Part shown: piece by piece, positions 8,693 through 13,907 of the stretch
Numbering within the stretch: position 1 is the first letter of the stretch
How the letters are laid out: each line of letters starts with the position of its first letter
NCBI GenBank assembly: GCA_965644295.1
Contig: CBFFRP010000343.1
Span: forward strand, 1 to 13,907
Length of the DNA stretch: 13,907 nucleotides
Direction of reading: 5' to 3'
DNA from: Paraphysomonas bandaiensis
Lineage: Eukaryota; Protista; Chrysophyceae
Notes under the pieces: model-generated
Told to the model about the DNA's origin: nothing
The model's input: only the letters and a program-made list of their open reading frames with translations
Database searches by the model: none
Made by a program: the position numbers and the translations under genes

Positions 8693-8912
8693 TACATAGT
8701 CTTGTATATAGTATGCGTACTCTAGCTACTGGTACTTGTATAGAGCGTGTGTGGATAGTCAGATATCTGAATCAGACCCGAGGATTTACATACACATATA
8801 TATGAGGTAGATAACATGCTATCACCTCAATTAACTATATCACTATAACTACCAGTGGATTCAATTCATAACCATCTATTCATCTAGTCGTATCTAGTAC
8901 CCAATAGATAGT

Positions 8913-11582
8913 ATGAAAAAAGCTACACGTGATGTCAGTTTTAAGAAATCCAAATCAGAACTTCATAAAGAGTTTATTGCTACATCTGATTTTACAGGAA
9001 CAGCGAAACAAAGAGATTGTACTGATCTTTTTTTTCTTGCTTTAATTATATGTGGATGGATTGCAATGACAAGTATGTATATATATATATAGATGGTAGA
9101 TCATCTCATCTCTTGTTATATACGTATATAGTTATCGGGTTTATTGCTCTGGGAATTATTCATAGTGATAAAATTAACGAAGGTAATCCTGAACGTCTAC
9201 TTCGTGGAGTGGACTACAAAGGGAAGATATGTGGCGTTGATAATCCTGTTAAAGATCTAGAGAAGAAGTGGGAGCCGAATAACATACTGTCACCTGACTA
9301 CGATCCCAGCTACTCCGAAGAATACGGCTTCTGTGTTAGCTCATGTCCCAAGGAAGGCGAGACAAGAGTAAATCCTTATGATCCCTCTGAGGAATGGGAT
9401 TCTCCGTGGGATGTTAGTAGTGAATACATATATATTTAATTGTCTTTATGATACCTCTCTAGACTGTGAATATTCTTGGATATTGTATTCCAGTTATCGA
9501 AAACCGGCAGACTAATATTGCACAAGACACTTTTGGCGACTTTATTCGTGTGGCTGGACTGATAGCCGTTACAGGGTTTGTCTTGGCTGTTGTGATGTGT
9601 TACGTTTATCTGTTCTTTTTGAGGTGAGAAGGTCGTTGGACATAATGTACTTCTAAAGGTTTCATATACAGAATCCCTTGCATGCTGACAATCATCGTGT
9701 GGTCAAATGTGATTATCATAGAAGCGTTCCTGGTTGCAGGAGCAATATTAATGCTTAACAAAGCCTACAAAGAAAACGAGGCACAATCAGATGATCCGGA
9801 AGCGTTTTCGGACATGCAGATCAATCTATTGAGGGGAATAGGGGGACTCCTGGCAGGTCTGGCTGTAGTTTGGGTATGTGTGGTTTGTTTTCTCAGAGAA
9901 CGGTACGTTATGTTTTATATACGTATATAGTCTTTTAAGTTAATGCTGTCTTTAGGATTCAACTGGCAATAGATCTCATTCAGGAGGCCGCTGCATGTGT
10001 GACGTCTTTGACAGCCGTACCGCTATTTTGTCTTTGTCAGGTTCATTGCTTGAGTTTATTCCTCTATGTATTTCACACCATGTAGGTGCTGTGTTTTTGC
10101 GGATTTTCTGTCCTCTGGTTGCTGTACACTGTCTACTTAGTGTCGTCTGCGGAGGTGAATGTCCGCCTATGTACCCATGTCCCTTATTTGTCATACTAGG
10201 TTACAACAGAACCTGATGGTGCGGGGGTCGCTGAGAAAGAATTGGAGTATAGTGAACGCGCGAAACAAGCGGTATGTATGATATATGCAAGTATAGTTAG
10301 CTTATAGCTTGGGGGTACTGTAGGTCGTGTTTATGGTGTTTATGTGGCTGTGGACTACAGCATTTATAGAAGCCTTCGGGCAGGTGAGATATGATAATTT
10401 ACTATATCTGTTGTTAATGGTTTCATTATTTTTATAAAAATGGACCAGATATCGTTCGCACATGCATGCCTGGAGTGGTATTTTGCCGAGAATCGTGATT
10501 CCGTCAGTCATTTTCAGGTGGAGCTAATTTTTCGTTTTCGATTCCCGTCATTTTGCAATGCACAGATATTCAAATCATCTGCCGTGGTTGCCAGATATCA
10601 TTGTGGCACAGCCGCCTTTGGGTCGCTTATTTTGGCGGTGATTCAAATGATACGCTACGTGCTAACGTATATCAAGGAGAAGTTCTCAGACCCGAATGTA
10701 CAATACACTCTCCGTGTATGCATATCGCTGATTTTGTTTCTTTTAGAATCGATTTCACCAGTGTGTCCTGAAATGCATGTTCTGCTGCATCCACTGTCTA
10801 GAGGAATGCATTAAGTTTATCAACAAGCACGCATATATTCAGGTATTTTCGTATCTGTGCGTATACTATATCGTTTATTTGATATCTGCTTGTTGCATAG
10901 TGCGCTATGGAGGGTAAGGGATTCCTTCCTTCCGCTGTGCGAGCCTTTGGCCTGATCATGAGAAACATCGCAAGAGTATCTGTGGTAACGTTGATCGGAA
11001 ACTTAACCGTTGTAATTGGTAAGTTTGATACTGATTCAAGTTTCTGTAATCGAATCCTTGGATCATAGGAAAGCTGTGTGTGACGCTTGTGTGCTCTGGT
11101 CTGGCCTACCTTTATATGGACAGATACTTGGAGGTTAGTTTTACATAGTTTCTATTTGGGTTATAACGTAATATCATTTGCAGGACCAGTTAAATGGATT
11201 CATTCTTCCAACCATATTTGTTGGATTTATTGCATGGCTCACTGGTATGATTTAATTAACGATAATTGGTGTCTTCGGATAATTCCTTTTACGTCACCAG
11301 CTTCGATGTTCTTGGATATCTTGATTATCACTGCGGATACTCTGTTACAGGTATATAGCGGAGTTATAAAGCACTTCTTTTTTAAGTTTTTTTCAGGGAT
11401 TCCTCATCGAGGAAGAGTTCGAGAGAAATGCGAAAAAGGGCAGGGGAATTACTCGTGAGAGATCACACGCTCAAAAGTCCGTAAGGTCTGTGCTTGATAA
11501 GACGCAAAGCTTTAAAGAGGGAAAGTATGCCAAAGCTAACATATTTGATCCGGATCTACAGCAAGACAACTCCGAATTATAA
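8913..11582 (+). CDS. SLC44: Choline transporter-like protein (CTL/SLC44 family), 16 exons, about 631 aa: 8913-9072, 9132-9412, 9463-9623, 9672-9902, 9956-10040, 10086-10154, 10200-10271, 10324-10383, 10449-10517, 10566-10697, 10747-10842, 10901-11018, 11069-11133, 11184-11244, 11301-11350, 11397-11582
   Basis: Fifteen GT-AG introns of 45-65 nt give a continuous 1896-nt frame. Motifs: RDCTDLFFL, GVDYKGKICG, CVSSCP, RIQLAIDLIQEA, RYHCGTAAFGSLILA, CCIHCLEECIKFINKHAYIQ, AFGLIMRN, ADTLLQGF. Multiple hydrophobic segments. Confidence 0.93.
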
Positions 11583-12525
11583 ATCTAATGTAGGAAGCTG
11601 CTCGAGGGAGCGGTACAAGTGAATTGAATGCAGTATGCAGTTTTACTTTTCATATATCTGAAATCTCAGTCTATTTTGGCTGCGTGTTTGGTATTGATTA
11701 CATTTAGAAAGGAATAAATTTGGTTACATTTTTATTGGTGCTATACTTCTAGTACAATTCTCTCTGGTGTGCTTCATTTGCATTTTGACGTCGCTATTGC
11801 TTGATGAGATATAGACTATCGTATCAATGGGCACATTGTCGTGTGTTCATACAACGAAAGCAATGTTTCAGTTTCCTATAGCTATCAAAGTCTTGTATTA
11901 TATACAACGTGGCAGATGGTGCCCCTAAGTCGGTGGGAATCCTTTTAGTATTTCATAAAACTGAAAGTATGTTAGTTTCATTGGTCACCAATATTCAACC
12001 GTTTACTTTGTGACTGGTATGTCTTACACCGGGTAAACTATTTGGTATAAAGATGCTCAGATGAAGGGCGGTTTACATGCTATCATACTATAACCTATAA
12101 CTACAACTTTAAGTAATATAGGAAAAGTACTTCAAGAATATTATTAGAGAGTTCGTATGCCAGATATATGGATATATTTTGGAGCAGTGTCACTCAACTC
12201 TGTCAGGGTTAGGGTCTGTTGGAATACATATGGTCTAAAAGATAGTACTGTAGAATACGTTAAATACAATGTGAAAAACAGTAATACGTAGTCAATAGTC
12301 AAAGGTGCTATATAGCTATAACTGTGAAACTGAAGTATTGTATCATGACGATTCAAGATACGGAAGTTGAGCAGTGGCTGACATGAATGAAATAATTTAT
12401 CATGTTGTTGACATGTTTTCAATGACAACACACACAATTGTGTATGCAATTATAATAAAGAGTCTATCTACTAGTTTGATTACCATAAACGTCTTAAGTG
12501 TAAAATGACCAATACTCAATATGTT

Positions 12526-13330
12526 AGTGGATGCGGAGGAGAGAAGGAGGATAGAGCTAATGTGCCATGATTCGACGAGAGCAATGTTGAACAGTGAATT
12601 GAAAACTTCGAGAAGTTTCTGATGCGCAAAGAGCAGAGTGAGGTCGCGCTCGAAAAGTCACCAAGAGAGGAGGACTTCGGACTTCCACCGTTGAACAAGC
12701 TCGAGGCGAAGTCATACAAGCAAGCGATGAAAGATTACTGGGAGGCAAATGCCATCTCGTATTCGTACTGCAGGGAGGCGGTGAAGCGATCCCCGAACGC
12801 ACTCCAGAAGCTTCATCTAAAGCATAAGGAGTTCAAAGCAACAGAAGCACGGGAAGAAAAGTTCAGTCACTCGAGAGATGATTCAGACACTGAAATCCTG
12901 TTTCGAGGGTGGGCAGCAGAATAAGATTGCAAATCTTCTTTCCCAACTTAGATCATTTGAGACGAAGCCGGGGAGACCGTTAAGAATATGTTTTGCGTTT
13001 TGAGCTGTTTCTTCGTGAACTTCAGGCCCATAACCAAACGGTGCCAGAGATCTCCAAAATCAGTCGACTGAAGGAAGGGCTGACAAGTGATGAGTATGAT
13101 GGTTTGAATGTCGGATGATGTATCATACGAGTTGTTGTCTAAACGTATAGAAGAATTCGACGACACCAAGACTGGTAGGAATATCCTCGACAAGATGCGA
13201 AAGAGTACGGAGGAGCACTTATTGCATCAAACTAGATAGACTCTTTCACAGTTTCATGTATGATGAAGATAGACCGAAACAAAGAAGAAGTGTCAATATT
13301 GTTTTAAAAAAGGTATTATATACAACGAAT
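12526..13330 (+). pseudogene. Degenerate Ty1/copia-type gag (N-terminal motif, capsid-like UBN2 region, zinc-knuckle remnant)
   Basis: Read across stops and frameshifts: VP*FDESNVEQ*IENFEKFLMRK; YWEANAISYSY; MIQTLKSCFEG...LLSQLRSFETKPG/ETVK/YVLRFELFLRELQAHNQTVPEISKISRLKEGLTSDEY; KKKCQYCFKKG at about 13282-13314. These resemble copia gag patterns. No pol follows. Confidence 0.75.
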
Positions 13331-13530
13331 ACGTTGTCGATGTAGATGCTCTCTCCTTCTTTCGAGACTTCTCGATGTGACTTCTCCGTACTCTTGTGAT
13401 TTTCCTACCAGTCTTGGTGTCGTCGAATTCGTTGTGTATAATACTTTTTTAGAACAGTATCGACACTTCTTCTTTGTCGCGGTCTATCTTCATCATACAT
13501 GAAACTGTGAAAGAGTCTGTCTAGTTTGAT
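13153..13530. repeat. Two interleaved imperfect inverted repeats: A 13153-13218 with A' 13377-13430, and B 13226-13330 with B' 13427-13530
   Basis: GAATTCGACGACACCAAGACTGGTAGGAA pairs with TTCCTACCAGTCTTGGTGTCGTCGAATTC. ATCAAACTAGATAGACTCTTTCACAGTTTCATGTATGATGAAGATAGACCG pairs with its near-exact reverse complement ending at 13530. Confidence 0.9.
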
Positions 13531-13907
13531 TACTCTAAACATTTCTTAATTGTAAAATGACCAATAATCAATAGGGTCAGGATTGTGGTCATCAGGATTG
13601 TGTGCCTGATTTAATAGACAACAGACAGAGCATTCGAGCCAGTTACACTAGCAGGGGTTAACTGTGATGGTAATGCCAATTATGGCAACAAAAAGCTTCG
13701 TGCGACTACAATTTCTCACAGTCGTCTAAACATTTATGTACTTATGTACGAATTTTTATACCTTGCAGGTGCTCTTCCCTCAGTCCCTGTAACATATGGT
13801 ATACGAAGATCAATGACAATCGCCATGTTTCAAAATCATGAACACGGGACGACATAGCCTCCTTATAATGCATGACGAAGACATGAAAAATGGGATATGG
13901 AAGGTAT

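Larger units (their letters stand above)
12457..13573 (+). repeat. Imperfect direct repeat of about 65 bp (12457-12521 and 13510-13573) bracketing the gag relic
   Basis: AAAGAGTCT(A/G)TC..TAGTTTGATTAC...TAAAC...TCTTAA.TGTAAAATGACCAATA.TCAATA occurs at both sites. Confidence 0.85.

Noticed and set aside
12205-12226. AGGGTTAGGG telomere-like motif followed by TGTTGGAA, a possible 5' LTR start for the gag relic
   Set aside because: Fewer than two telomere units, and no matching LTR end or convincing PBS before the gag.
13621-13857. About 80-codon plus-strand open frame (AFEPVTLAGVNCDGNANYGNKKL...) with a possible acceptor TTGCAG near 13769
   Set aside because: No start codon or recognisable domain. 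It may be a gene fragment but cannot be supported without homology or RNA data.

Overview
Gene-dense eukaryotic window with short (mostly 45-65 nt) GT-AG introns. The intron size and the oomycete-like hAT peptide suggest a protist, possibly a stramenopile (inference only). Four host genes form two head-to-head pairs: intronless SUA5 (-) with a 5-exon NT5C3-type pyrimidine 5'-nucleotidase (+), and a 3-exon CRAL-TRIO(Sec14)-PX-transmembrane gene (-) with a 16-exon CTL/SLC44 choline-transporter-like gene (+). Transposons fill most gaps: (1) the 3' end of a Ty1/copia element whose 325-bp LTR has TA...TA ends and a perfect 19-bp terminal inverted repeat; (2) a 1033-bp internally deleted hAT element with an 8-bp TSD and palindromic subterminal repeats; (3) an 834-bp foldback element with 380-bp arms and TA flanks; (4) a decayed copia gag followed by an inverted, order-swapped copy of its own 3' part. 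The best candidates for novelty are the Sec14-PX-tail-anchor architecture, the TIR-bearing LTR and the foldback hairpin. All alignments and gene models were done by eye and no databases were searched.
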